A DNA stretch of 64,000 nucleotides from Methanotrichaceae archaeon (GCA_963813075.1 CAWEXU010000030.1:192001-256000); one strand, 5' to 3'. Shown: positions 10,654-20,817, counted from the first letter of the stretch. Notes: generated by a model from the letters alone, not told the origin. A program made the numbers and translations.

Positions 10654-10758
10654 GCGTGAATTCTCAGGCAATTATGCCCTTTTTGGCCAGCGCTAGAAAG
10701 CCAATGGAAACGGTAAAAGGCCAAAAGAGGATGAAGCCCAGGAAATAATCCCCGGGCT

Positions 10759-11628
10759 TTAAAAGTCGGTTCTCAGGACCACAGTCGCCCGATAGACGGG
10801 GCCTACAAATGTCTTCTCATTGGAGTCCTCACCGCTGAGGTGCGTCCTTGGCCTCCACCACCCGGGTGTCCATGAGGGTATCGGCAACAACCACCCACTC
10901 GCTCAGCTCATCTGTGCTGGACAGGTTGAGGCTCACCTTTCCTTCTGCATCGGTCATGCCTCTTATCTTCGTATCATCGCCAACCTTCTGAGCGATCAGC
11001 TCCATGTCGCTGAAGGGCTGGCCCTGATACAGAACCTGGAACTGGAAGTCGCCGTTGCCCACCTCGGTGATATTGGTGAGGGGCACGATCTCCAGTATCT
11101 GTCCCACGGGCTTTGAGGCAATGGAGTAATCAGAATCAGGACCGGCTATGAATGACTTGCCATAGGTGTGGAGGGGATAAGATCTCTCGACATACCAGTC
11201 ATTGGCCCAGCCGGTCTTGTTGATGGCGTCAAAGTCGATCTCATCCACTGTGCCAGCCTCCCAGTATCCAGTTGCCGGAGGATTGGTGATGATGTGAGTC
11301 CAGGCTCCACCGCCGTTATAGGAGGTTATGACGTACAATCCCGGGTGCTCGACATCGAAGCTGAAGATGGGCCAGTTGCCCATGGTATCGATCTTTTCAT
11401 CGAGAATATGATCGATCACCTCGCCATCCTGTCTGATTATGGTCAGGTTGGTCAATCCCTCAGGCATCTCTGTGGAGGAGGTGTTGTGACCGGCGGCCAC
11501 AGGCAGTATGGCTGTATCTCCTAATATTCACAAAGCCGGATATGGGCCGGACGAATATCTGATGAGCGTTCACTGCTGCCGGAGAAAATAGCATTAGCAG
11601 CACCAGCTATTAGCAATAGTCTTCTCAT
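10759..11628 (-). CDS. Third DUF4198-family secreted protein (several frameshifts)
   Basis: ATG at 11628 (MRRLLLIA..AVNA-HQIF), AGH, LEIVPL, FQVLYQGQP and TDAEGKV; shifted end VYRATVVLRTDF* at 10759. Confidence 0.7.
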
Positions 11629-11890
11629 ACTCTGTACACCGATCTGATTTAGGATATCACACTATACTTAAACTTTGCTACTAAATTAGAGAAATGTAAT
11701 TTCAAATCGTATTATTAATCTGTATATCGATAAGCAGCCCAAAGATTCAGGCAGATCATATAAGATCATCCCGAGCGGCTGGCAGTAGGCGGCTACCTCC
11801 AGTCTAGGTACAGCAGGTTGCCGGTAGAAGTTAAAGATCAAGTGATTGAGTAGAAGAATCAAAAAATAAGGACATTAATGCTGCTCAATT

Positions 11891-11916
11891 CTGAGAGCCA
11901 GAGAATTGGCTCTCAG
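11891..11916 (-). terminator. Perfect 10-bp hairpin at the 3' end of the His-rich peptide gene
   Basis: CTGAGAGCCA-gagaat-TGGCTCTCAG, overlapping the stop codon. Confidence 0.5.
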
Positions 11917-12038
11917 TGTTTGTGGCAGCACTTATGGGTGTGATTATGATGCTCTTTGTCGTGAACATGTTCGTGCTCATGCATCTTTCCATCATGCTCA
12001 TGGCATGCGACGTGTTTATCGCCGGTATGACAGCACAT
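11913..12038 (-). CDS. 41-aa His/Cys-rich metal-binding peptide (Hpn-like), missed by the ORF track
   Basis: MCCHTGDKHVACHEHDGKMHEHEHVHDKEHHNHTHKCCHKH*, with SD GGAGGTGA at 12052-12045. Confidence 0.85.
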   Translation of the reverse strand: MCCHTGDKHVACHEHDGKMHEHEHVHDKEHHNHTHKCCHKH

Positions 12039-12750
12039 TTGTTTTCACCTCCGATTTTACTTTCACAATATAAACTCGATCAGCAGGCTATAAAAGCTTT
12101 ACTGTTATCGATAATCGCTGAAGCTGTTTAAATTTTTTAAAGGAAGATTTTGTTGTCGTCATAATTACAGTGATTGTAATAGAGAAAAAATCATCTAAGA
12201 ATCCCTATTCGTATCAATTAGTATTACCACATCCAGCTTCACTCCGCTAACTAATAGCGGGAATAATCGATCATCGAGACCTTAGGATCTCCTCCAAATC
12301 AGGGCCACAATGAACCGCCAGACTGAGGACTATTCACCTGCCTACAGGCTTATTCTTCTCCGAGAATTCCTCGCGCAGGGATCATGTCGGATAGCCCATC
12401 CCAGAAATCCTCCAACTTGCTTCACATTGGACACCAATCTGGGGAATGAAATTGAATGCCAATTCTGAAAATAGAAAAATTCGCAAGTATATACCAAGAG
12501 GTAGCAATCATTCTCTTGGCCGGGGCGATTTTATATTTGATAAGTCCGAGCTAGAGATACAGAGCGCCGCTTTCTGATGCAGCATTAGATCAATGGAATT
12601 TAAAATTCATCCCCCGCAAAATGAGGATTGCAGGAAAAGGGCACCGCAAATGGAGTGTTTTGATGGACCATCTCCCCGCCGCATAGATGATTCCGAGACG
12701 GCGTGCTGCCTGGACAGCCAGAGCGGGCAACGTCAGGCATCCGTGCACCC

Positions 12751-13126
12751 TTACAGCTCGTCATCCAGGCCGCATAGAGAGCAGCGATGGTGCCATTTGG
12801 GCTCGGCCACGAACTGGACAGGATCGCCGCTGGCATAGCGGTTGGCACATCGGCTGAATTAGCTCTGGCGCCTCCGAGGGCGATATGCTCCCGGGCTTGA
12901 TCCTTCCCAGCTCCCGCCCCAGGACGCCAAAGCGACCCTCTGTCTTATCGACGGTTACGACAGCATATTCAGGGGAGACTTCGCTCTCGCCATCGCTCAA
13001 GAAGAGCAGCTTATCATGATAGAAGCTGCAGCAAAGAGGCCAGCTGCAATAGAACATCGCTTTTATCAGCTCGTCTTTGCTCTTTATCTCCTGGAAGGAG
13101 AACGCACGATCTGGATGATTCATCAT
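12751..13126 (-). CDS. Hypothetical protein (frameshift near 12845)
   Basis: SD AAGGTGAG before MMNHPDR; the shifted frame ends EPKWHHRCSLCGLDDEL*. Confidence 0.6.
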
Positions 13127-13295
13127 ACTCACCTTGCTCTTTTGGACCTGAAGATAGATCTCTCTTTGATCCAGCAACAGATCTAATTATTACAATATTA
13201 TATACTATTCTTACAACATAAGATCTTTTCGGTGTGATTTATGAAAAGCGGTTTATCCAGCCCGACTGAGCGAGCGATGGATCTCATATCCCAAG

Positions 13296-13781
13296 TTATT
13301 CCTCTTTTCTCTTCTCCAGCACCCGAATCATCTCAATTACCGTCTCTGGATAGTTGCCCGTTTTGTCCTTCTCCAGATACTTGACCATATCCCAGATGTT
13401 CAGCAGTGCCACGCTCACACCGGTGAGAGCCTCCATCTCCACTCCCGTTCTTCCAAAGGAGGTCACTGTGACTGTGGCCCAGACTCTGATCTCCTCCAGC
13501 TCGAATCTTATCTCCAGACCGGTTATGGGAATGGGGTGGCAGAGAGGAATCAGACGGGGAGTATCCTTGACTGCCAGGATGGCCGCCAGCCTGGCGGTAG
13601 CCAGGGGATCACCCTTCTTTATATCTCCACTGCGCATGGCCTGGAGTGTAGACTCCTTCAGCCTTATCGATCCCGTAGCAGTGGCCTTTCTATAGACCGG
13701 CGGCTTGGAGGTGATATCCACCATACCCTCAAGCTTTTCTGCCCCGACAACCTCTATTGATCCCGCTTCCTCTTCCTTCAT
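13296..13781 (-). CDS. moaC: Cyclic pyranopterin monophosphate synthase MoaC
   Basis: MVDITSK, KKGD, LIPLCHPI, TGVEMEAL and IWDMVK motifs. Confidence 0.97.
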   Translation of the reverse strand: MKEEEAGSIEVVGAEKLEGMVDITSKPPVYRKATATGSIRLKESTLQAMRSGDIKKGDPLATARLAAILAVKDTPRLIPLCHPIPITGLEIRFELEEIRVWATVTVTSFGRTGVEMEALTGVSVALLNIWDMVKYLEKDKTGNYPETVIEMIRVLEKRKEE

Positions 13782-13854
13782 CCTCTCTCCCCCGATTCTC
13801 AGATCTTGTCCCCTTCTCTCACCGGCCTCAGTTTCCCACATTGCATTCGCTTTC

Positions 13855-15252
13855 CTAGATTCTCATGGCCCGAGGGATCGATTCCACCAGATCGGTGGCC
13901 AGCATACCGAATCCCTTCTCCAGATAGACCAGATCGCCCGCCCTACCATTTACGAAGGCTGCTGCGCTCGCCGCCCGCAGGGCAGATGTGCGGGCATAAA
14001 AGGCGGCCACAATACCCGCCAGAACGTCGCCCGTCCCGCCCACGGTCATCCCTGGGTTGCCGGTGGTATTGGCCCTCATAACCTCACCATCGGTGATCAG
14101 GTCGACCTTTCCCTTGAGCAGAACGGTTATGCCCTTCTCCCGGGCATAGCCCTTCAAAGGCTCGGTCCGTTCCTTATAGTCCAGGTCCAGTAGAGATATG
14201 CCGCTGATCCTCTGAAACTCTCCGGCATGGGGGGTGATAATGCCCTTCAGGGGAAGGTCCGGCAGGAGGGCATCGGCATCGATCACCACCTTCTTGGCCA
14301 GCGGGATTATGCATGAAAGTGCTTCAAGGGTATCGGTATGTCTTCCCAATCCCATGCCCATCACCACCACATCGTGAGCTGCGACTAGATCCTGCAGTGC
14401 CGGCAGATCACTGGAATTGAGGTGATCTCCAGATAGCTCTCGCACAATCAGGTCCGGCGAGAAGCCGGAGATGGTCTTTGCCGCCCTTCTTGGCGCAGCC
14501 ACGGTGACTATATCCGCCCCCGCCCGCAGAGCAGCCAGGGCAGTGAGAGCAGGAGCGCCGGTATAAGGCCCGCCACCTATGACCAGGATCCTGCCGCTAT
14601 CCCCTTTATGACTCTCCAGTGATCTCCTTCCCACAAGCCGCAGGTCTCCGGGCCCCACGAAAAGCTCGGCCTCTGGAGGTATGCCGATATCTGCCACAAC
14701 AACCCCCTCCCCCAGATCCGGTTTTGGTCGGTGAAATGTGACAGTATAATCAGCCCGCACCACCTTGTTGGTCCCCAGACCGCTGGGAATGTCCACCGAT
14801 AGCACCCTCTTGCCTGAACGGTTGATGGCATCGATCGCTGCTGCCTCAAGGCCGGCCACCCTTCCTTTTACTCCGGTCCCGAAGATGGCATCCACAATCA
14901 GGTCGCATTCAATGAGCATAAGGTCATCGACATCCCTTACCTCTCGCAAATCCCAGTGCAAGCGCTCCAGGATCTCCCAGTTCCTCTTTGCCTCTCCGGT
15001 GGATATATCGCGGGAGCGGCCCAAAAGGTATACGGTAACACCAAAACCTGCTAAATGGCGGGCAGCGACGAAGGCATCGCCGCCATTGTTTCCCCGGCCG
15101 GCAACTATTGCAATTCTCTTTCCCGGAGATATTGCCGCGATCTCTCGGGCTATGGCAGCACCAGCATTTTCCATCAGCTGGAGAGGGAGCAGCCCGAAGT
15201 ACTGGCAGTTGGCGTCCACGGCCTGCATCTCTTCGCGGGATATCATTCTCAT
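13855..15252 (-). CDS. nnr: Bifunctional NAD(P)HX epimerase/dehydratase (YjeF/Nnr)
   Basis: LMENAG, GNNGGD, DAIFGTG, HKGDSG, TPHAGEF and GGTGDVLAG motifs. Confidence 0.97.
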   Translation of the reverse strand: MRMISREEMQAVDANCQYFGLLPLQLMENAGAAIAREIAAISPGKRIAIVAGRGNNGGDAFVAARHLAGFGVTVYLLGRSRDISTGEAKRNWEILERLHWDLREVRDVDDLMLIECDLIVDAIFGTGVKGRVAGLEAAAIDAINRSGKRVLSVDIPSGLGTNKVVRADYTVTFHRPKPDLGEGVVVADIGIPPEAELFVGPGDLRLVGRRSLESHKGDSGRILVIGGGPYTGAPALTALAALRAGADIVTVAAPRRAAKTISGFSPDLIVRELSGDHLNSSDLPALQDLVAAHDVVVMGMGLGRHTDTLEALSCIIPLAKKVVIDADALLPDLPLKGIITPHAGEFQRISGISLLDLDYKERTEPLKGYAREKGITVLLKGKVDLITDGEVMRANTTGNPGMTVGGTGDVLAGIVAAFYARTSALRAASAAAFVNGRAGDLVYLEKGFGMLATDLVESIPRAMRI

Positions 15253-16262
15253 ATAGATCGATTTATCTCCTGCAACTGCCTTCTCTTTTCCCTATCCGCC
15301 TTTCCCCAGTCCTTGTAGGTATACATCTTCGCATCATAGCCGAGCATCGTCAGAGAAAACCACATCACAGAGGCCTTGGTCCCTGTGGTGGTGAAAACGA
15401 CCACCGATTTGTTTAAAGTTAAATTGCTGAAGATCCCTTCAAGCTCGCTTTTCCCCCGGATTAACTTATTATCCAGGACTTCATCATAGGGAATATTGAT
15501 GGCACCAGGTATCGATCCGTACTCGAACTCCTCTTTGGATCTGGCATCCACGATCTGAGCCTCTCCACTCATCACATAATCATAGGAGGCATACAGCCCC
15601 TCATTCAGGACAGGGGAATAGGTGCTCATTGGCCGGGTTATGGATGAGTTTTCAACTGGCAGTCCCGCCTGTACCCAGGCATCTATCCCGCCGTTTAGCA
15701 CCCGGATATCCTCATGGCCCATATAGCGCAGCAGCCAGTAGACATAGGTAGCAGTAGAAGGACCTCCCCCGCAGGGCTGGCATTCACCATAAACCACCAG
15801 CGGATCGCTGCGGGAGATGCCAGCATCTCCCAGAATACCAGCGATATCAGAGATGTTCTTGAGGGAGGCGGTGTTGTTATTGTCCACGAATTCCCGGTAT
15901 GAGATCTGGACAGCGCCGGGAATGAATGAGGCCGGATTGTCGCTGCCATCCAGGATTACATCCTCCTTTGAGATCTCTTGAGGTGATACAAGCATACCGC
16001 GAGCGGATTGGCTCCCGGATTCCATCCCATCCTCAGATGGCACTGATTTCACCTCCAGACCGGGCTGGCTGGCTGGAGTGGCACTGACTTGCTCGGACAG
16101 GTAATTTCCGGTGATTTTATGGATCGCCTCATTTATCCAACTATCCACAAAATTGCAGGTGGAGCACTCGGCGCTGGCGGATGAACAAAAGATCGTCATC
16201 GTCAAAAGGATTATTCCAAGCGCCATTATTGCGCTCTTGGCGGTTGATTTGATTTCAGACAT
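15249..16262 (-). CDS. Secreted tandem rhodanese-domain protein
   Basis: Signal peptide; IPGA, LNGGIDAW and IVDARSKEEFEYGSIPGAINIP motifs. Confidence 0.85.
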   Translation of the reverse strand: MSEIKSTAKSAIMALGIILLTMTIFCSSASAECSTCNFVDSWINEAIHKITGNYLSEQVSATPASQPGLEVKSVPSEDGMESGSQSARGMLVSPQEISKEDVILDGSDNPASFIPGAVQISYREFVDNNNTASLKNISDIAGILGDAGISRSDPLVVYGECQPCGGGPSTATYVYWLLRYMGHEDIRVLNGGIDAWVQAGLPVENSSITRPMSTYSPVLNEGLYASYDYVMSGEAQIVDARSKEEFEYGSIPGAINIPYDEVLDNKLIRGKSELEGIFSNLTLNKSVVVFTTTGTKASVMWFSLTMLGYDAKMYTYKDWGKADREKRRQLQEINRSI

Positions 16263-16506
16263 GAATCATCGTTCCTCTCTATAGCAGATTCCATCTTTCC
16301 AGGGAGCTATTCATAAATTGTGAAGATGGATCCCAGTTAAAAAATCCTTCCATCCAGAATTGGTTTTATCAGCTTATGAATTACTGAAATGAAACAATTC
16401 TGTATAAATTCGATCTTAAGGTTCCATACCATTTATACAGCAAAAAGATCAACTAATAAGGCAATTGGATGGTAAATAATTGGCCATCATCCTGAGGATT
16501 GTTCAA

Positions 16507-17470
16507 ATGAGATTCGTAGTGAGATTTATCCTCTGCATTCTGGCAGCTATATCACTAATAGCAATACCAGAAGCAGCAGAAAGCTGGATCATACAGACCG
16601 TCAGCCAGGAGATAGAGGATGCGGAAGGCCTGGGATGTCTACAAAACAGCATCCAGATTTCAGGCAGCAACGGGGGCGATATCTTCTCAGTCCAGCAGAT
16701 GAATCAACTGCAAGGCCGGATCAATCCCAGCGGAACATTTGAATTTGCCATTACCAGCAATGGTATTGTGGCCCAGGGAATTAGCGCCGAGAACTTAACG
16801 GATATCATGGAGGATATCAGGAATAAGGATAATGTATCCGGCATCAACTTTTGCAGAATGAGCATTCCGGCGATAGATTCTCTGCCAGATGTGCCAGGAT
16901 AATGATCCCGAGGACGGACTGCAAGAAATAGATATGAACTCCAGCCGGGATATGATTGCCTGGGCAGAAATTCTCATGGCAATTTCATTGTATGACTTTG
17001 GTGATGCTCCGGAGAGCTATCACCTTCTCCCCTCCAATGAGGCCCGACACCAGGTCGTTCCAGGATTTCATCTGGGCGGAGGTGTTGATGGGGAAGAAGA
17101 TGCCCTGCCTGGACCAGATGCATCGGGAGACGATATGGACGGCCAGGATGATGAAGACGGCGTGATCTTTTCCGACCCCTTCGAGCCCGGAAGGGAGGCC
17201 CGTATTATTGTTTCGTCATCTCAGCCTGGTTTTCTCAGTGCCTGGATGGATTTTAATGGCGATGGAGAATGGAGCAATGAAAGTGAGAGGATATTCTGCG
17301 ATCAGTTGCTGGATAGGGGAGAAAATCACCTCACCATCAGAGTGCCGGCAGGAGACCTTCCCGATCAGGTATACTTACGCTTTCGCTTGAGCAGCAAAAA
17401 AGGATTGCTGCCCGATGGGGCAGCCCCAGATGGTGAGGTGGAGGACTACTCTGTCGTTGGGTTGTCCTGA
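16507..17470 (+). CDS. Secreted GEVED-domain protein (two ORFs, probably one gene frameshifted near 16890)
   Basis: N-terminal signal peptide; DFGDAP, DDEDGV, AWMDFNGDG, YLRFRLS and GEVEDY motifs. Confidence 0.75.
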
Positions 17471-17590
17471 TTCACCTGTACGCCGGTCGCATTTAGCCTG
17501 TACTGCATGACCAGAGTTCTGTTGGTCTCAGGCCTCCAGAAACCATCGTTCCAAAGAATCTCCCCCTTGGAATTGACTCGGAGCGGGAAT

Positions 17591-18403
17591 TCATATGTGC
17601 CATTTTGCCCGATCAGGGGAAAACTTCGGCGCCATTATAGAGCTTTTGCCTTCGATCCAGGATGTTGCACTCCTATTTCCGGGAGTGATGGCAATATTTA
17701 CCCCCGATACTGCATAATCCCTCTGAGAGCTGTAGCCGGTCCATTTATACTTCAACGGAACGCTTCCCGCATTATTTCCATCCGTGTCCAGGAAAGCGTT
17801 TATCTCACTGAATTTATCCAGGAATTTCATTGAGATGTTATGCCTCAAACTGCTCGGGGCATCAACGGTGCATTCTCCATCCCCCAGGGAGTATCCTTTT
17901 AAATTGAATACCGCAAAATCTCCTTTGTATGAATTATTATTTAGTTTAATATCTTCTTTCATCATGGACAGAGGAGTAAAATAATCCAGCTGCACGTTGC
18001 CGGAACCGGCCCGATAGGAGAAGACAACAGAGTTTGATTCCCCGCCGGCCATGCTTCGAGTGTAGTTCAGATCGCTGGCATCTATCAATAGGCCTGCCCC
18101 TTGATTACCCTCCTTGGTTTTCATGTAGGCGACATCCTCAAAGCGGCTGCTGTTGGCGTTCTCGGCCATTGTAGTTGCGGAATTGGCGGAGAAAGAGGTC
18201 TGATAAACGCTGGCTGTGTTCGTGTAATCCACCCCATGCAGGTAAATGTTCTCCAGGACCTCACTGCCACTGGTGGCGTAGGTGTTCTGCAGTCTCACAT
18301 CGGCCGATGCAATGGATATCATGGAGATGATTGATAAGATAAACACCGCTACGATCATTGTTTTTTGGTTATTCAATATTGATGGCAGATCAATTACGTC
18401 CAT
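17591..18403 (-). CDS. Secreted Ser/Asn-rich hypothetical protein
   Basis: Hydrophobic signal ending ASA-D, SD GGAGG and beta-strand-like patterning. Confidence 0.7.
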   Translation of the reverse strand: MDVIDLPSILNNQKTMIVAVFILSIISMISIASADVRLQNTYATSGSEVLENIYLHGVDYTNTASVYQTSFSANSATTMAENANSSRFEDVAYMKTKEGNQGAGLLIDASDLNYTRSMAGGESNSVVFSYRAGSGNVQLDYFTPLSMMKEDIKLNNNSYKGDFAVFNLKGYSLGDGECTVDAPSSLRHNISMKFLDKFSEINAFLDTDGNNAGSVPLKYKWTGYSSQRDYAVSGVNIAITPGNRSATSWIEGKSSIMAPKFSPDRAKWHI

Positions 18404-18954
18404 ATAACATCGCCTCCAGCAGATGACTCTTTTTTTCCATTTGAGAATTCAACCACAATAAAATTTGGCTGCGATGGCGTAAATAGATTTTCCCGAATGG
18501 TTGTTTCATTAATCATGGCCTTCTCCTCACTGAGGTTTCCTATTGGAGGGAATTTTAGGCGGGCAAGTAGGATGGGGATCCTCTCGGTTCCCAGTGAATG
18601 GCTCATTTCGCTGTATATCAAGGCAAGATCATGGCTTTCAACCAGATCTATGCCATCTTTGCCGCTCTGCTCGTCCCTGGATAGATCCTCCAGTCTTTTC
18701 AAGGCCGAGGATATTGCCACCTCTCCGATTAATAATAGATCCTCTCTTTTCGATGGCTCATCCGGCAGGACAATACTGGCAAGAATTATGTTTGACTCAT
18801 TGACCACCCGGCTGATGTCATAGCCCTCCATATTGTCAGGGCTCACGCTATCAGATGGATAATCAGATACTGACACATCACCCTGCCCATTCGCAGCCGC
18901 AGGACAGAGGATGATTGCCAGGATGATAAAGAAAAAGAGGTTTAATGGGGTCAT
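18394..18954 (-). CDS. Secreted hypothetical protein
   Basis: Likely start MTPLNLFFFIILAIILCPAAA immediately after the upstream stop; overlaps the next gene. Confidence 0.65.
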   Translation of the reverse strand: MTPLNLFFFIILAIILCPAAANGQGDVSVSDYPSDSVSPDNMEGYDISRVVNESNIILASIVLPDEPSKREDLLLIGEVAISSALKRLEDLSRDEQSGKDGIDLVESHDLALIYSEMSHSLGTERIPILLARLKFPPIGNLSEEKAMINETTIRENLFTPSQPNFIVVEFSNGKKESSAGGDVIWT

Positions 18955-18961
18955 AATTATT

Positions 18962-19828
18962 CTAGGTCGTTGTACCCCATTTGCAGCAGACTCCGCCATT
19001 GCAGTCGCCGAACATATTTTCGATTGTATTGAACTTATCTTCATTTTCCTGCTCTTGTCTTTGTCTCTCCAGCTGCTCTTTAGCGAAGTCATTGAACATC
19101 TTCATGATCTCTGGGTTATTAAAGATACTGCCGAACTCAGACCATATATCCCCGAACATGCTCATATCCAGGGTTGACTCATTCATCGGGTCCAGGCTTC
19201 CCAACTCTGGATCATATCTGAACAGCACCTCGTCTACAGTGCTTGACTCTCCAAACGCCCTGTTCAAAGCATCAATATCATAGCTTTCATAGAAATCCTC
19301 GTATAACAATAGCCGGGTCACAGAGACAGAATCCAAGGCCTCATTGTTCATCATGGACAGGTCGGACAGAGTTATCATATCCTCTCGAATTACGGCAAAA
19401 GGAAGCATTGCATCCTTTAGAGAGGTGTTTATGTAATATCCGTCACTGTAGAACTCATTTCCGAGTTGATCCTCGGCAATCAACCAGGAGAACTCCTCTA
19501 TATTCATCAGCTCAGAGCCATAGGAAAAAAATCCAGATTCACGTGACTTCTTGAGAGTGCCGTCATCTTCCAGAATATTTGTATTCATCGCACTCCACAG
19601 ACCCAGGGGACCATTGCTGAAGGTTGAGATGCTCTGCACATCCTTGGAGCTGACGATCAGTGCATCTTCAGCGTCATCTATGGGCATCCCAGTCGTCTCA
19701 AGGTCAAGATCAGAAGAATCATTATTGGTGAACTCCTGACAGGAGACACACTCGAGGGATAGTCCCCCCAATAAGACCAGCGCCATCATCAGGATGAACG
19801 ACCGACAGAATCCGAAGACTTGAGACAT
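18962..19828 (-). CDS. Secreted acidic hypothetical protein with C-terminal CNGGVCC motif
   Basis: 288-aa ORF with N-terminal hydrophobic stretch; D/E-rich. Confidence 0.7.
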   Translation of the reverse strand: MSQVFGFCRSFILMMALVLLGGLSLECVSCQEFTNNDSSDLDLETTGMPIDDAEDALIVSSKDVQSISTFSNGPLGLWSAMNTNILEDDGTLKKSRESGFFSYGSELMNIEEFSWLIAEDQLGNEFYSDGYYINTSLKDAMLPFAVIREDMITLSDLSMMNNEALDSVSVTRLLLYEDFYESYDIDALNRAFGESSTVDEVLFRYDPELGSLDPMNESTLDMSMFGDIWSEFGSIFNNPEIMKMFNDFAKEQLERQRQEQENEDKFNTIENMFGDCNGGVCCKWGTTT

Positions 19829-19850
19829 AATCGTAATAAATAATTTAAGG

Positions 19851-19881
19851 AATAAGGCGGGGCTTCGCGCCTCGCCCTATT
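19851..19881 (-). terminator. Stem-loop downstream of the repeat/amyloid-like gene
   Basis: AATAAGGCGGGGC-ttcgc-GCCTCGCCCTATT, followed on the minus strand by a T-rich tract. Confidence 0.55.
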
Positions 19882-19897
19882 CACATTGTTTGCGTTC

Positions 19898-20610
19898 TTA
19901 TGGCGTTTCCGCTAATGATCCGGTATGCTTAAGGATCCTTGGCGGCGACGGTGATGTTAACGTCGTTGACTACACTGCCGGTAGACGCCTGGCTGTCGGT
20001 TGTGGCGGAGTCTGCGGTGGCGGTGATGTTGATCACAGTCTGCAGGTCATCCACGATCATGGCCAACTTGTTGTCGACGTTCAGGATCTTGGCTTCCTCA
20101 CGGCTGTCGTAGTCGTATATTCTCTGGCTGGTCTGGTTGGTGGTCTGGCCGATGTAAGCGCCTTCCTTTACCCAAACGAGCTCGCCGTCAACTTCTTCCT
20201 GCTCCTTGAGGCCCTGGTTAGCGATCCAGGCAGCCTGAATAGCCTTGTTCCAGGTGAGGCCCTTTGCGCCTTCTTCACCAAGAGGCGGTCTCTGCAGATC
20301 CCAGGCCGGAGATCTTCTGGTTCATGACCTGATCGATTCTGGCGAAGCCAGCAACCCTGAAGACGCTGCCATTAGCGGCATCCTGGAACTTGGGTGTGAC
20401 AATGATAGCTGCGGAGAGACCCTCGTTTCCAACGCCGACCTTGTCGTTCTCCAGGTCCAACTCGTCAGCCACTCCGATCTTGACATCCTCGATCATCTGA
20501 TTATCAGTCTGGGTGATAATGTTTGCATAGCAATCTACACAAACCGGTACATCTGCACTTACTACTCCCATTGTCAGGAGAAGCATTAACGCTGCTAGAT
20601 ACTTCCACAT
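19898..20610 (-). CDS. Secreted Q/N-repeat protein, candidate major sheath (MspA-like) amyloid; frameshift near 20290
   Basis: Signal MWKYLAALMLLLTMGVVSA and strong SD. The shifted frame continues LGEEGAKGLTWNKAIQAAWIANQG... to a stop at 19929 (or 19898 after a second shift). Three IxQxxNQ repeats. The MspA identity is inference. Confidence 0.6.
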
Positions 20611-20734
20611 AGCTTTTTTGCCTCCTAATATTCCTTATGTAATTCTTCCCCAATCCATGGAAAGGACATGTTCCCTTCCCAGGTGGTCATACATAACTTG
20701 CACCTGTAATTTATTAAAGGAATAGGAACCATGC

Positions 20735-20762
20735 ATAAGTAACCTCATTACTTATAAGTAAT
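20735..20762. promoter_or_regulatory. Perfect 16-bp palindrome around a TATA-like core in a divergent promoter region
   Basis: ATTACTTATAAGTAAT at 20747-20762 plus a third half-site ATAAGTAA at 20735-20742. Confidence 0.55.
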
Positions 20763-20817
20763 ATGGATTTTTTTTATATAGGATCATGCAGAGTAGTTCT
20801 TTATCGACAAACAGCCA

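Noticed and set aside
11760..11830. GC-rich patch as a possible metal riboswitch
   Set aside because: I could not build a convincing NiCo or cobalamin riboswitch structure, and it lies upstream of the apparent TATA region.
11916..12131. 71-aa Met-rich + strand ORF
   Set aside because: Antisense shadow of the His-rich peptide (CAT read as ATG); the SD supports the minus strand.
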